From contig OZ024741.1 of assembly GCA_964016885.1 (NCBI GenBank), positions 184,202,001 to 184,266,000 on the forward strand: a DNA stretch of 64,000 nucleotides. The letters are read 5' to 3'. Origin of the DNA: Eledone cirrhosa (taxonomy: Eukaryota). Positions 25,422-39,614 of this stretch are shown one piece after another (the first letter of the stretch is position 1; each line of letters starts with the position of its first letter). Under the pieces are notes generated by a model. That model was not told the DNA's origin. It saw only the letters and a program-made list of their open reading frames with translations, and did no database searches. A program made the position numbers and the translations under genes.

Positions 25422-25885
25422 TGCGCGCGAGGCCTTTTATTAATCAAAAGGCCAGGTGTAAAAGGAGAGAGAAAGAGAGAAAAAAAGGGGGAGAAAAAGT
25501 GAGAAAGAAAGGGAAAGAGAGGGAAAGGAGGAAGACCAGGGGAGAAAAAGATGAGGAGATAGGAAGAAGGGGGAAATATAGGGAAGGAATAGGGGAAAAA
25601 AAGTGTACAGGTCCCATTGTGGGAAGACACAGGTGAAAGAAACATGCACAAAAGTCACCGTGGAAAAATAGGGAAAGTAAGTTGTGGCCAACCTGGGAGA
25701 CTTTAGCCTGGTGGTCAGCTACGACTCAGAGCTGGTATAATCATGCTGCCTCTAACGAAGTAAGTGTGGTAAGGAACCACGTGGACCATAACGCACCAGA
25801 GTACTCGATACTTAGAGTAGACCTAGCTGTCGAAACGGCCCGAGCTCAGCCGTCACGGTCCCGACTCTTTTGTTATATATATATG

Positions 25886-26063
25886 CCGTATTTCCAAGTC
25901 GGCACCGAAGACGCTCGTCCTCGAGGACGCACCCTAATTTTGACAACCAAAAATTTGAAAAAAATAATAAACAACCTTCCGCCTCCAGGACGCATGATTG
26001 ATCTTTGAGACTTATTTTAGGAAAAAAGTAGCATTAGGAAAAAAGTAGTGCCGGGAAATACGG
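25886..26063. mobile_element. pogo/Tc2-like MITE
   Basis: TIRs ccgtatttcc / ggaaatacgg; TA on the right and TG on the left. Confidence 0.6.
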
Positions 26064-26081
26064 TATATATATATTTATGTA

Positions 26082-26353
26082 CACTGGACTCTCGGTTCAC
26101 ATACAGAAGGTCTTTCGTCATTTGAAAAGTTCGTAAACGAAAACTATTTTTCTAATACGAAATTTTAAGAGAAAAATACAGTGAGAGTGATACAGATATA
26201 TATCCACACAGTAGCTAACTTCGCAGCAAGTGCCGGCCTGCGTGTTCGTTACTCGAGACACCGCTCGTCATCTGCGACGTTTTATGTTCGGAAAAATTGT
26301 TCGAGGACCGATGTGTTCGTGATGAGAGGCGCTTGTGAACCGATGTTCCGCTG
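26082..26353. mobile_element. Tigger/mariner-like MITE
   Basis: Imperfect TIRs cactggactctcggttcac / gtgaaccgatgttccgctg with TA on both sides. Confidence 0.65.
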
Positions 26354-26399
<46 letters not shown>

Positions 26400-27279
26400 C
26401 ACTTATATTAAGAGCCCGATTCAGAACTTGGGGTGGCGGCGCACTTCATGTTTAAGGGATGGCTCATACACAATAAATAAAAATACACAACAAACCTCCT
26501 AGTTTTCATTTGAAAGTCGGCTTGGCGTATGTAATTGGAGTTTCCGAATGTTACATACCGATGTTAAATGAAAATGATATGACCCGCTTCATTTTAAGTG
26601 CACTCTCCAAACTTAAAAATCCCCTTGTCTTCTACAACAACCATAAAGTGTTGCTAATATCGAAAAATATGATCATTTGCCATAAGTAGTTTTTGTTAAA
26701 TATTGTTCTTGTAACGATGTGATGTTTCTAAATTAAAGAAATGTCGATGAATTGACCGCAGGATTGACATTATATACTTGTTAAAAATATTGTCCTGGTG
26801 TGTCTAAATGATAAAACTAAAAAGCCCACCAGGGCACATCCGTCTTGGGCACATAAGCCAAACTCACGCCGCTTGGGCCAGGGTAAGAGTTTACTATATC
26901 ATATAGTAAACCCTTATCCATTAATTAAGGCATATAGTCTATATGCCTTAATTAATTACCAACACGAGTGCTAATTATATGCAAATATTTGTGTGAGCAA
27001 ATGGGTATATAAACTAATGAAATACATGTTAATTTGTGGTTAATTCGATTATATACATGCCTTCTGATGAGGGTTCAATTAGATCAGAAAATCGATGAAA
27101 TACATTTATCATTTATTTCAATCTCAGAGAAATCTGTGTTTACTGACATGTTTACAAGCCTACACATTAGATAGACATATATATTTATCTACATTGGAGC
27201 CGTCACGGCGACTCACTCTGTATACATACACGCAATTCGACTATTAGTCCACTTCTTACTATATACACATATATATGTG

Positions 27280-27575
27280 TGTTTAATGGTAGCAATGATG
27301 CTTCCATAGGCGGTATGCCAGTTGAGCACTCTATGTTCTTACAGAGCAGACTGTGATATAATATAAAACGAAAAATCAGTGATGCAACTGGACTCAATTT
27401 ATTGTGTGTTACAATTGTTTCGCCGGCAGACAGCTCGAGACGTGATCATTGTGTGGATCTGTCTGATTCTAGAATCAGACAGATCAATACAATGATCGTG
27501 TCTCGAGCTGTCTGCCGGCGAAACAATTGTAACACACAATAAATTGAGTCCAGATGCATCACTGATTTTTCGTTA
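27280..27575. mobile_element. Solo foldback pLTR of the GC-rich PLE family
   Basis: Matches 8176-8362; palindrome centred at 27470/27471. Another rearranged copy at 34614-34772. Confidence 0.85.
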
Positions 27576-27578
27576 TAT

Positions 27579-27628
<50 letters not shown>

Positions 27629-28069
27629 TGGTGTGTTTATTATATATGTATATATATGTATATATGTATATATCTCTATATATATATATGTTTGTGTGTG
27701 TGTGTGTCTGTGTATGTGCATGAGTGTGTAAGTGTATGAGCACGCGTGTTAATATGTGTGCATTTTGTGTATTATTTCTTCTACTATTATACTACGTTCA
27801 ATCAAAATTTGCTATACAGTGGCCCCTTCATCAAGCAAATTAACCCCGGTAATTCCTTTAGTTTCCTGCTAATTTTATAGATCTATGTAATTATTAAATT
27901 ACTAAATTACATTGTTGCTATAATGCTGCATGTTTTACACTCCTAAAGATAAACACTAGCTTGGACACAAGACAACAAACACACGAATACGCGCACGCAC
28001 ACCCACACCTATCCTGCACACATTAATCACGCGAACACATATCTTTGTGTAAGTGTTTTGGTATTTGTA

Positions 28070-28231
<162 letters not shown>

Positions 28232-28310
28232 AGGTAAACAGAAATAACAACACAATCGGTGTAAATGAAAGGAATATATTAGGTTAACAATTGAAATAGC
28301 TGGAAGAGGG

Positions 28311-28346
28311 TCTTAACGTTTCCGACGCTAGTCTGTCATCAGAAGA
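28311..28346 (-). ncRNA. Minimal type I hammerhead (36 nt)
   Basis: tctt-CTGATGA-ca-gac(tagc)gtc-g-GAAA-cg-TT-aaga; ACGT palindromic stem III; about 80 nt from (TA)n. Confidence 0.75.
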
Positions 28347-28444
28347 AAGAATGATAAATTAGATAGTTTAAAAGGACGGGAGTGGTGGAATTGGAAAAAA
28401 ATGTTTTTAGAGAAAAATAACAGGTCCAGTCATGTTGACATCTC

Positions 28445-28487
<43 letters not shown>

Positions 28488-28955
28488 TGCGCGTGCGCGC
28501 GCGTGTGTGTGTATGTGTGTGTGTGTGTGCGCGCGCGCGCGCCTGTGCGCGTCTGTGCTGAACAGCACTTCTCTTAGACTTGTATAAAATACGCAGTTTT
28601 CTTGTGATATCTGTTGAATTAACTTTTTACATAATCTCACGAGATCCATTCTGTTTATTTGGCACGGATGAGACTATGGATGTTTAGAAATGTTGATGGT
28701 CTCCATCGCCCAGGCATAATCATGTGTTTGTCTATCTCCACGGTGCATGCCTGGGCATGGTTTCTTCGTTGGATACTACTTTCAATGTGGAAAGAAAAGC
28801 AAAGGGGTTGGCACTAGCATCGTTACAGCTGAACACAGAGCGTAAATATATTTTAATAATCACTCTAAAAATTTCTCCAAATATATATACATAGCAAAAC
28901 ATGGAGAGAAGTGGTGTTAGTGATTGAATCCATACTAATTACTTATTATTCCTGC

Positions 28956-29149
28956 AGGGCGGTGGATTGGCAGTATCGGTAGAGGGCCGGACGCCATGCT
29001 TTGACGCATAGAGTTACGGCCCTTGCCATTCTGAGTTCAAATCCGGCCGAGGTTAACTTTGCCCTTTATTCTTACGGGGTCGATAAAAGAAAGTACCAGT
29101 AATGCACTGGGTAATTGCTGGCCTTGGGCCAAAAGTAGAAACAATTATT
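28956..29149 (+). mobile_element. tRNA-derived SINE, full length
   Basis: Same family as 20671; TSD attattc(c/a)tgcag. Confidence 0.85.
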
Positions 29150-30769
29150 CATGCAGCACATAGATGGAGATATTAATTCATTGGAGGAAGGACTATAAAA
29201 CTGTTAGACGGTATCCAAAACATTTATTTGTGTTCCAGTAATGGATAGATATATGCGATTGATTTTTGGACATATATTAGCCACACTAATAGGAACAAGT
29301 GAGTAGGGTTGAATCAACTAGAGATACTATGCGTGATGTCAAAACCTGGTAGAAATAGAAGACACTATTCTCTAAAATGAGTAAGTCTAATAGATGCTGG
29401 TGCAAAATGTATTAACATGCTAATAAAAAAAATGTAGATTATCATGTTTGAACACATAGGCAAGAACATAGTAACATAATCTTGTTCAGATACCCTGGCT
29501 ATAATAGATTGTAGTGCATAATACGTTATAAATATTGAGGCCATATCTAAAGAAATACATTGAAACACTCACAGATACATAACAATTCATTTCAAATAAT
29601 GGTAACCACAATAGTAAATAGCATAAAGTAGCATTCAAATACTGCCTATGAAGAGAAACATATTCACACACGTATGTATTAAGTTAAATACTGACGCTTA
29701 TTGTTGGTCACAGTGATGGCTGTGTGGTTAAAAAGTTCGATTTACAATTACGTGGCTTCGGATTCGACTTCCCTGCGCAACACTACATATGAGCAAGTAT
29801 CTTTTATCATAGCCTTTATTTAACCCAGGCCCTGTTTCTGAAATTGGTTAAATGGGAGCTGTGTAGAAGACAGTAAAATTGACTGTACATGCTCATGGGT
29901 GCTCAACCTTAAGTAATTGTTCGCTCAATTTAACACAGCCTCACGGGTGCATTTATCGTAATCTACTCTGTTGCAAGTATTCGGAACAGGTCTCTGGCCT
30001 GTGGATAATTCTATTGTTTCCCACCATGTGTCTCAGTGTCTCTAGAGAAAAACTTCCCGGTCCTGCTCCTTTCTCTACTTACTAAGCTGCGTAATATACG
30101 AAAAGGGGGTAAAGTTTTCCATTTGTTTTCATTCGATAACAATTTGGCAGGTATTAGGTCAAATACTTCCTCTTCCAATTATGTAACGGAATGTCAAGTG
30201 GGATGTAGATGTACATGTAGCGTATATCCCCTCCACCTCCTTACATGTGACATTATTGTATTATCGATATTGTATTTGGTTGCAGGGAAGGAATATAAAA
30301 TGAACAATTCCATGGCCATGTCTGATCGGAACGAAAACCGCCGGATATAATGTAAAAACTAAGCATCACCAAATGACGATGAAGAAAGAAAAAAGAAGAG
30401 ATGTATCATCTCAAGACATGAGATAGATTACAATAGACAACTGCTAGATTCCCCTAAGGCAACGGAAAAGGTATCCTCACACACACACGCGCCAGCTCAC
30501 AGTAAAAGATACCCATATACATACATAAAAGGGAAAAAGGAATGAAAAGATAAGCGAGATTATGGTGATTTCAATAGATACATATTGGAATAGTGTTTCT
30601 CAGAAATACAAATTCGAAGGTATTGTTGTAAAAATGCCTTTCTTGTCACTTTTATATTGTATTTTCTATGTTTATTATATGTTTCTGGGTGAAATGGAAG
30701 TAAAGAATTTCGTACATTCTCTATTACTGCTTATCTAAAGAATTTTTTTGTATATTTTGTTCTTTCATT

Positions 30770-30824
<55 letters not shown>

Positions 30825-30958
30825 CTGTTTGTGTGTGTACATATATATATATATATTTATATATATGTGTGGATATATATATACATATATATGTATACAT
30901 ATATATATATATATATATACATACATATATATATACATATATATATATTTCCCCATTT

Positions 30959-31000
<42 letters not shown>

Positions 31001-31200
31001 GCTCACAAACTCATGCACTTAAACACTCCACTCACACATATATGTATACATATTCTTCTTCTTCATCTTCTGCCTTCCAGCTAGTGTTAAATGCATCACT
31101 GGACAATAATTGCGGCCATGTTGTAACAGCTGTGATGATCCCATTTAACACAGAGAGGCCATTCATTGTAGGAGATTCTACAACTGTTGACCCGCAAGGC

Positions 31201-31290
<90 letters not shown>

Positions 31291-31703
31291 TGTCTGTGTA
31301 TGTCTGTGTGTGTGTGAGAGAGAGAGAAGGGGGTCTGTGAGATAAACACACCAGCAGTGAGTGAGATAAGTTTTGGGGAAAGATGGGAACGAGTAATATT
31401 TCGTGCGACTATGAAGGCGACGTAGATAACAGAAGAGATAAACGGTGAGAGAGAGAGTGTGTGTATGGGGGGGGGGGGCGTGTGTAGGTGTGTGTGAGGG
31501 AGAGAGAGAGAGGAAGAGTGTCAGGATGAGGGTTGGATTTAATAATACTGAGAGTGTGCATGTCAGAGTAAGTGATAGGGAAAAGAAAAGAGATTGACAG
31601 ATGTTTAGAATGAGAAAGCAGGGAGTGAAAAGAGCATGTAACAGAAAAAGGCGATGACAAACTGACAGACAGTGAGTGAGTGTGAGTGTGACAGAATGTA
31701 TAC

Positions 31704-31798
<95 letters not shown>

Positions 31799-31927
31799 GC
31801 TGGGAGAGGGAAAGTGGTATTATTTGTAAATAAAGTACCAGTAATACACTGCTATAATTGCTGGCCTTGTGCCAAAAGTAGAAACAATTATTTGTTAAAT
31901 ACAATTTTTATAATTAGCAATAGCACT

Positions 31928-32146
31928 AGGGCGGTGGATTGGCAGTACTGGTAGAGTCGGACACCATGCTTTGCAGCATAGAGTTACGACCCTTTAAGGT
32001 CTGAGTTCAATCCCCGCCGTGGTTGACTTTACCTTTCATCCTTACGGGGTTGATAAAATAAATTACCAGTAACGTACTGGGGTCGATTTAATCGACTTTC
32101 CCCTCCCCCGAAATTACTGGCCTTGTGCCTATACTAGAAATCATAA
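31928..32146 (+). mobile_element. tRNA-derived SINE, long variant
   Basis: Same family with an extra gggtcgatttaatcgact segment; TSD ataattagcaatagcacta. Confidence 0.85.
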
Positions 32147-32867
32147 TTAGCAATAGCACTAACACAACATGATTCACAATAGAGCTGCAAATAGAGCCAT
32201 ATGGAATATGTTTATGTATATTAAAGATACATAAGTCTCGCTGTACCGAGTGAGAAAACATCACTGAAGATAGATAATAATTCTGAAATATATGTAGCTG
32301 GCGTTCTCGAACTGTTACTGAGATGGCAGTTATATGATGAAGCTGAGAATAGCCACAGCGTGACTTACGCATGTTTATCATAAATAAACTTATTGTATAT
32401 GCTTCCATATACATACGTCTCTATCCGCACAACAACTCATCCCCTTCTTTAAGTACCACTTCAGAAGGAAGATGAGAGTGGAGAGAGAGAGAGGTAAATT
32501 CGCTGAAAGGTGGCTGAATATGGCGAAAATGGCCCAGGTGAATGGCCCTTCTCTGTATATAAACCTGTAGGTTGAGGAAGATAAACAGGGGGAAGACGAG
32601 AACACCTACAAAACGTGTTCCTGGTGTTGCGGGTTGTCCTATCCACGGGGTGTAAGACAACCCCGCAGTAGCATTAACCCCCCCCCCCTCCCCTAATGGG
32701 GATTTCAATTGTTTTATTTTTATATAGCTTATCGTTATTTATCATTGTTAAAGATTTTATGTAAAAACCCCGCCGTCACGTCTTGTAATGTCCCATTTTG
32801 GTACGCCTCTGTGGCAAATAAAGAAAGATATCTATATGTATATAATATTTATATATATATTTCTATA

Positions 32868-32971
<104 letters not shown>

Positions 32972-33063
32972 CACACACTATATGTATTTTCATTTTTCAA
33001 TTTCCTGTTCTCTTTTCCCTATCTTCCATTATAAGTTTGGATTCAACATAACCCTGTTTTATA

Positions 33064-33157
33064 ATTCTGTCGAAGTTACCTGATGAGTTCGTCCTGTCTT
33101 GCATCATAAATGGATGTTGGATCTGGCCATTGAAATATGTATAATGATTTCACAGAA
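33064..33157 (+). ncRNA. Hammerhead, GAAA-tatrta-TA type, decayed
   Basis: ttctgt.gaagttac-CTGATGA..GAAA-tatgta-TA-atgatttc.acagaa. Confidence 0.6.
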
Positions 33158-33379
33158 TTTAAATTTTGCAGCATATCTTCCAGTCCCGCCTTCTGTTGTC
33201 GTTATATATAAAGTAAAAACCCGATCGCGACACCTTGCGGTTTTGGCTTATATTCAGCAAGCTTTTCAGTGTTGTACTAAGCGTTTTTACCTTCTTTTAT
33301 ACCCACTCAACATCTTCCCATGCATAGAATACTACCTTGAATTGTGGTCTCCTCGCTCTCGGCACCGCTGACTTTATAC

Positions 33380-34130
33380 GTATCTATCTATCTAAGGCGA
33401 GTATGGACGAGTTCTCTCCAACGGTCTCATCATCGCTGCCATCTCCTGCGTCCCCAAGAGACCAGCGCGTCTGTCATTAGCGCATCAACATATGTCAACA
33501 TCTGTCTCCCTCTTCTAGTGTGTCCGTGTAGGGACTCCCACAGGAGCACTGAGTGCAGTGTCAACTCTGGATGTCGATGAGCATGTCCAGCTAACCTCAA
33601 TCTCCTCTGTGCTACTTTCGAACTAACTTTTGGGAGGCTCCCGTACAGCTCTGAGTTTTTCATCCTCATTGTATACTGATCAATGTTCAGAACCATCCTC
33701 AGCATTCTCGTGTAGCATCCATCCACCATTTGAATGAGTTTCTTGGTCAGTGTCCAAGTCTCAGATCCGTACAGCAGCACAGACACCACTACAGCAACGA
33801 AGAGACAGATCTTCAGGTCTTTACGAAGGTCCGACTTTCACACCAATCTCAAACTGTGGCACGCCGCCCAGGCTTTGCTCTTCCTCTCAACTACATCATC
33901 CTCTGTGTTTCCAATCTTTGCTCCCAGATACAGGAAGTCCTCAACCAATTCTAGCGGCTTCCCGCCTACATTCATAATCTTCTCTGGCTTCTTGATATTC
34001 TCTATCAGATACTTCGTCTTAATCTCATTCATTCTCAGCCCGACATTCATCTACACAGTCTCCACCTCCTACATCAACTCCTCTATCTCTTTCACTGTGT
34101 TGGTCACCGGAACTATATCGTTGGCAAATT
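33380..34130 (-). mobile_element. 5'-truncated RTE-like LINE (RT C-terminal region)
   Basis: GLRMNEIKTKY..VEDFLYLGA..SVLLYGSETWTL..RRLRLAGH..RRGR; one in-frame TGA; (TAGA)n 3' tail at 33380-33394. Confidence 0.88.
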
Positions 34131-34172
34131 CACCATCTGATATCTTTTTCGCCTTAACTCTCCTACTCTGAG

Positions 34173-34223
<51 letters not shown>

Positions 34224-34577
34224 TAACAGATTAAACTTTAAGCATGGAATCGCTGCTTTCACCCTTAACGGGATCTTCCGAATAATGACGTATTATATTC
34301 GTTTTTTCCCGTTCTTTGCCAGGGAACGTTTCCACGAACCAAAGTATCGTCTTCCTGTCTTCCTCCGGCTGCAACGTTTTTGGAAATATTCACTTCTGCG
34401 TTCACAGATTGACTTTGTTAGTTTCAGAAGATCCCGTTAAGGGGGAAAGCAGCGATTCTTTGCTTAAACTTCAATCTGTTATTTTAATAAATATTTGCTC
34501 TACAGTTCTTATATATTTGATATATATTTATCCTTATCGAGCCCTCTTTGGATTTTAGTCTTCAAATTTATTATTAT

Positions 34578-34619
<42 letters not shown>

Positions 34620-34788
34620 AAACGAAAAATCAGTGATGCATCTGGACCCAGTTTATTGTGTGTTACAATTGTTTCGCCGGCACTGATTTTTCGTTTTATA
34701 TTATATCACACTCTGCTCTGTAAGAACATAGAATGCTCAACTGCCTATGGAAGCATCATAGCTACCATTAAACACACACACACACACA

Positions 34789-34878
<90 letters not shown>

Positions 34879-34880
34879 CA

Positions 34881-35686
<806 letters not shown>

Positions 35687-35701
35687 ATATATATATATAT
35701 A

Positions 35702-36755
35702 TACAATATGTTGAAAAGGTAACACACTATAGAAAGACAGAGTGCCATCAATAAAACAGGTAAAACCACCAGTGTATGGAATCTATAATCTATGGAAGGC
35801 AGGGTAGACACACAATAATTAAAAATATAAACTAAAATGTATATACGCACCTCTATAACTATATAACACACGCGTACAAATCCAAAGAGATCTGTTTCGC
35901 CAGGAAGTTGTTGACTGAAATGGAATAGCCTATGGCTCATCAGCGCGTGCAAGACTATACATTCCAGACAACTCTAAGAGAATCTAAAGCGACCGTCCAG
36001 CTACACCCGGCAGAGAGATGTCACAGCGTGTTTAGGGCAGTGAACCAGTGGTATCTGAGGGACAAGCTGCTAGAAAGAGCAGCCCCAAAGCCACTCAAAG
36101 AGGTGTGCTCAACCAAACAGAGAGAGAGGAAAGACTGTTATAAGGATCGAAATATCATAATAAATTAACGGAGCCATAGAGTCTCGTTATTCCCTGTCAA
36201 TAATGTGCTCAAAGGAAAAGGAATCCTGAGCTCTTTAAAATACAATATGTTGAAAAGGTAACACACTAAAGAGAGAGATAGTGTGCCATCAATAAAACAG
36301 GGAAAACCACTCCTTATAACAGTCTTTCCTCTCTCTCTCTCTGTTTGGTTGAGCACACTTCTTTGAGTGGTTTTGGGACTACCCTTTCTAGCAGCTCGTC
36401 CCTCAGATACCACTGGTTCACTGCCCTAAACACACTGTGACATCTCTCTCCCACGTGTAGCTGGACGGTCGCTTTAGATTCTCTTAGAGTCGTTTGGAAT
36501 GCATAGCCTTGCACACGTTGATGAACCATTTCAGTCAACAACTTCCTGTCGAAACAGATCTCTTTGGATTTGTATGCGTGTGTTATATAGTTATAGAGGT
36601 GCGTATATATATTTTAATTTATATTTTTAATTATTGTGTATCTACTCTGCCTTCCATATATTATAGATTCCATACACTGGTGGTTTTCCCTGTTTTATTG
36701 ATGGCACACTATCTCTCTCTAGTGTGTTACCTTTTCAACATATTATATTTTAAAC
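35702..36755. mobile_element. Non-coding HHR element, 539-nt unit, partial tandem plus inverted copy
   Basis: 35702-36146 is inverted against 36311-36755; the terminus is repeated at 35702 and 36241. Confidence 0.82.
35869..35949 (-). ncRNA. Canonical type I hammerhead ribozyme
   Basis: cacgcg-CTGATGA-gcca..tggc-GAAA-cagatc..gatttg-TA-cgcgtg. A decayed plus-strand copy lies at 36511-36580. Confidence 0.88.
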
Positions 36756-36756
36756 A

Positions 36757-36957
36757 GCTCAACAATATTTCTATGAACAATGCACGTAGACAGCTAAACT
36801 ATACTTTCAACTTCTTAATTTTTTCCAAATAAAATAAGTTTCCTGTCGGTATATTTTCGTGAGTTTTTAACAGGCACTCACAAATAAACGTTTCTCATTG
36901 GAAGTGCTATTACCATTGTTCTTACCCGTGCAACGCCTGGATACACTGCTAGGCTAG
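36757..36957 (+). mobile_element. Helitron 3' end fragment
   Basis: Near-identical to 60892-61087; cccgtgcaacgcc GC-rich subterminal motif followed by CTAG|T. Confidence 0.65.
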
Positions 36958-37885
36958 TATATATATAAAACGAGCGTCCAATTATATGCCCCGGCATTTG
37001 GTCCTGTTCTCAGCGCACTTAATTTAATTCTGGGTCAATTAATAAAGTACCATAACTGTTCGAGTTGGGCGTAATTCTTTGTGATGACTAAACTTGGTCT
37101 GGCCTTCTGAGTTCAAATACTGCTTCTTTCTGCCAGAAATCTATATATGATCCATTTCCTATGAGTTGCACAATTCATATATAGTGGAGACGAGGTGGTG
37201 GTGATGTTGATTTTGATAAGGATAATGATGGTGATACTGATTTGGTGACCGTCATCATGATGGTGGAGGTAAGGATGATAAAATTAAATTGCTGATATCT
37301 TATATTGAGACCAATAGGATATAAGCGATTGAATTTACCTTGGTGTATGTCTGGGCACTTGTTTTATTGAACAACCCCCTTCCGCCGCAGCTTGGATTAC
37401 GTCTTGGATGTGAAGATCAGGTCTCGTTTCTTGTCTAATTGTCTGGCTGTGGCTAATGTTGTCTGACAGTAACTGTAACAGGGAACAACTAACAGTGGCT
37501 GGAAGAGTCTAACAAGGATCGATAACGCTTGACATTGATTGACGGCGGTCACTAACTGTTATTGATTGACACTGATTGACAGCGACTGACAGAAACTAAC
37601 AGTGGCTGACTGTAACTGATAGCATCTGATAAGGACTGACCGTGACTGATAAGCTATAACAATGATTACACTGGTTAACACACTTTTTCCTGACTTAGGT
37701 GTTATTGTGGTTTTTAGATAACTTTGAGGCGCTGATTTCAAATACGGCATCTATTTTCACCTATTACATCAGGTTTTCATGTTTCTCTTTCGCTCGGTTA
37801 TCCTATAAACACAGGTCAACAAAACTACTCAAGAACAGGTCTTAAACTTAGGCAGAAACAAAGCAAAATGTTATTGGCCAGTGTT

Positions 37886-38075
37886 GCGGTGGATTGGCAG
37901 TATCGGTAAGGGTCGGACGCCATGCTTTGAAGCATAGACTTACCCCCCCTTTATGATCTGAGTTCAAATCCCGCCGAGGTTAACTTTGCCTATCATCCTT
38001 ACAAGGTCGATAAAATAAAGTACCAGTAATGCACTGGGATAATTTCTGGGCTTGTGCCAAAAGTAGAAACAGTTA
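37886..38075 (+). mobile_element. tRNA-derived SINE
   Basis: Same family as 20671. Confidence 0.85.
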
Positions 38076-38502
38076 TATAATGGTATATGGTATGATAGTG
38101 ATTGACAATATTTGTCTGCTTGCGTCGGACACCGGCTTTCAAAGCTATATCTAGGCCACCGTTTCGCACATGAATACTGTAGCTGCTGCGGTAACTTTTC
38201 CCCCGTTCACTTTTTATGAGAATCCCAAACCAAGAGGTTTCATTTGGTATTCTCAGCTGTTTTGCTTGAAGAGGCCTGGAAGATAGCCAAATAAGTCAAC
38301 GTAAGCGTCCCCAGTGCTTGAATATTACCTGAATATTGCACTTTTGAGCACAAAGGGAATGTTTATTAAGATATAAGTTGAACTTAGAATATAAAGTGCT
38401 GGAACATATACCAAAGGTCAGTTTGTCTTATGCTCTAACATTCTTGTCAATTCATGATTAATGATGATGATGATGATGGCGGTGGCAATGTTGATGATGA
38501 TA

Positions 38503-38541
<39 letters not shown>

Positions 38542-38568
38542 TGATGATGGCAGTAGTAATGTTAATGA

Positions 38569-38764
38569 TAATTGTTTCTACTTTTTTGGCACAAGGCCCA
38601 GCAATTACTCAGTGCATTACTGGTAATCTATTTTATCGACTCCATAAGGATGAAAGGCAAAGTAAACCTCGGCGGAATTTGAACTCAGAATGGCAAGGGC
38701 CGTAACTCTATGCGCTCAAAGCATGGCGCCCGACCCTCTACCGGTACTGCCAATCCACCGCCCT
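38569..38764 (-). mobile_element. tRNA-derived SINE
   Basis: Same family; TSD gtaatgttaatgataat. Confidence 0.85.
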
Positions 38765-39278
38765 TATGTAATGTTAATGATAATGATGAATGATGTTGTC
38801 GAAGATGATACTGATGATAATGAGGAGGAGGGGGATGTCTATGATGAAGATGATGATGATGTCGTTCAAGATGGCAGTGATAATTTTGATGATCATGATG
38901 TTGATAATAGTGATGGAGATGATGATGGTGGTGTTGATTGTAGTGACCATGATAATAATTGTTTCTACTTTTGGCACAAGGCCAGCAATTATCTCAGGGT
39001 ATTACTGGTACTTTATTTTATCGACCCCATAAGGATGAAAGGCAAAGTTAACCTCGGCGGGATTTGAACCCAGATCATAAAGGGCCGTGATGATAATGAT
39101 GACGAAGATGAAGATGTTGACGATGAGAGACAAATCCACTAAATGTTTTGAATGTCTAGATCTACTTCCTGATTATACTCCACTCACCACTTTACCACCC
39201 TCTTACCCACTGTGTACTTGTTAGTCTTCTTGATACTCTACTAGTCTAGAAAGTAACACCAAGTGTACGTGTTAGTGT

Positions 39279-39614
39279 TGCTACAGTTGTTGTTTTGTTG
39301 TTATTACTGCTGGTGCTACAGTTGTTGTTGTTGTTTTGTTGTTATTACTGCTGGTGCTACAGTTGTTGTTGTTGTTTTGTTGTTATTACTGCTGGTGCTA
39401 CAGTTGTTGTTGTTGTTTTGTTGTTATTACTGCTGGTACTACAGTTGTTGTTGTTTTGTTGTTATTACTGCTGGTGCTACAGTTGTTGTTGTTGTTTTGT
39501 TGTTATTACTGCTGGTGCTACAGTTGTTGTTGTTGTTTTGTTGTTATTACTGCTGGTGCTACAGTTGTTGTTGTTTTGTTGTTATTACTGCTGGTGCTAC
39601 AGTTGTTGTTGTTG
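39279..39614. repeat. 36-39 bp minisatellite
   Basis: About 9 copies of gctacagttgttgttgttgttttgttgttattactgctggt. Confidence 0.9.

Noticed and set aside
27057-27170. CTGATGA as a further hammerhead
   Set aside because: I could not place a GAAA/NUH pair in register with stems I and III.
28956-29050. tRNA genes
   Set aside because: The A/B boxes belong to SINE heads; there is no complete cloverleaf.
33838-33840. In-frame TGA in the RTE fragment as possible recoding
   Set aside because: It falls at a conserved Trp position in a truncated dead copy; a simple TGG to TGA mutation explains it.
39279-39614. Regular 36-39 bp repeats resembling a CRISPR array
   Set aside because: The units are contiguous with no unique spacers and no cas genes, in a eukaryotic context; it is a minisatellite.
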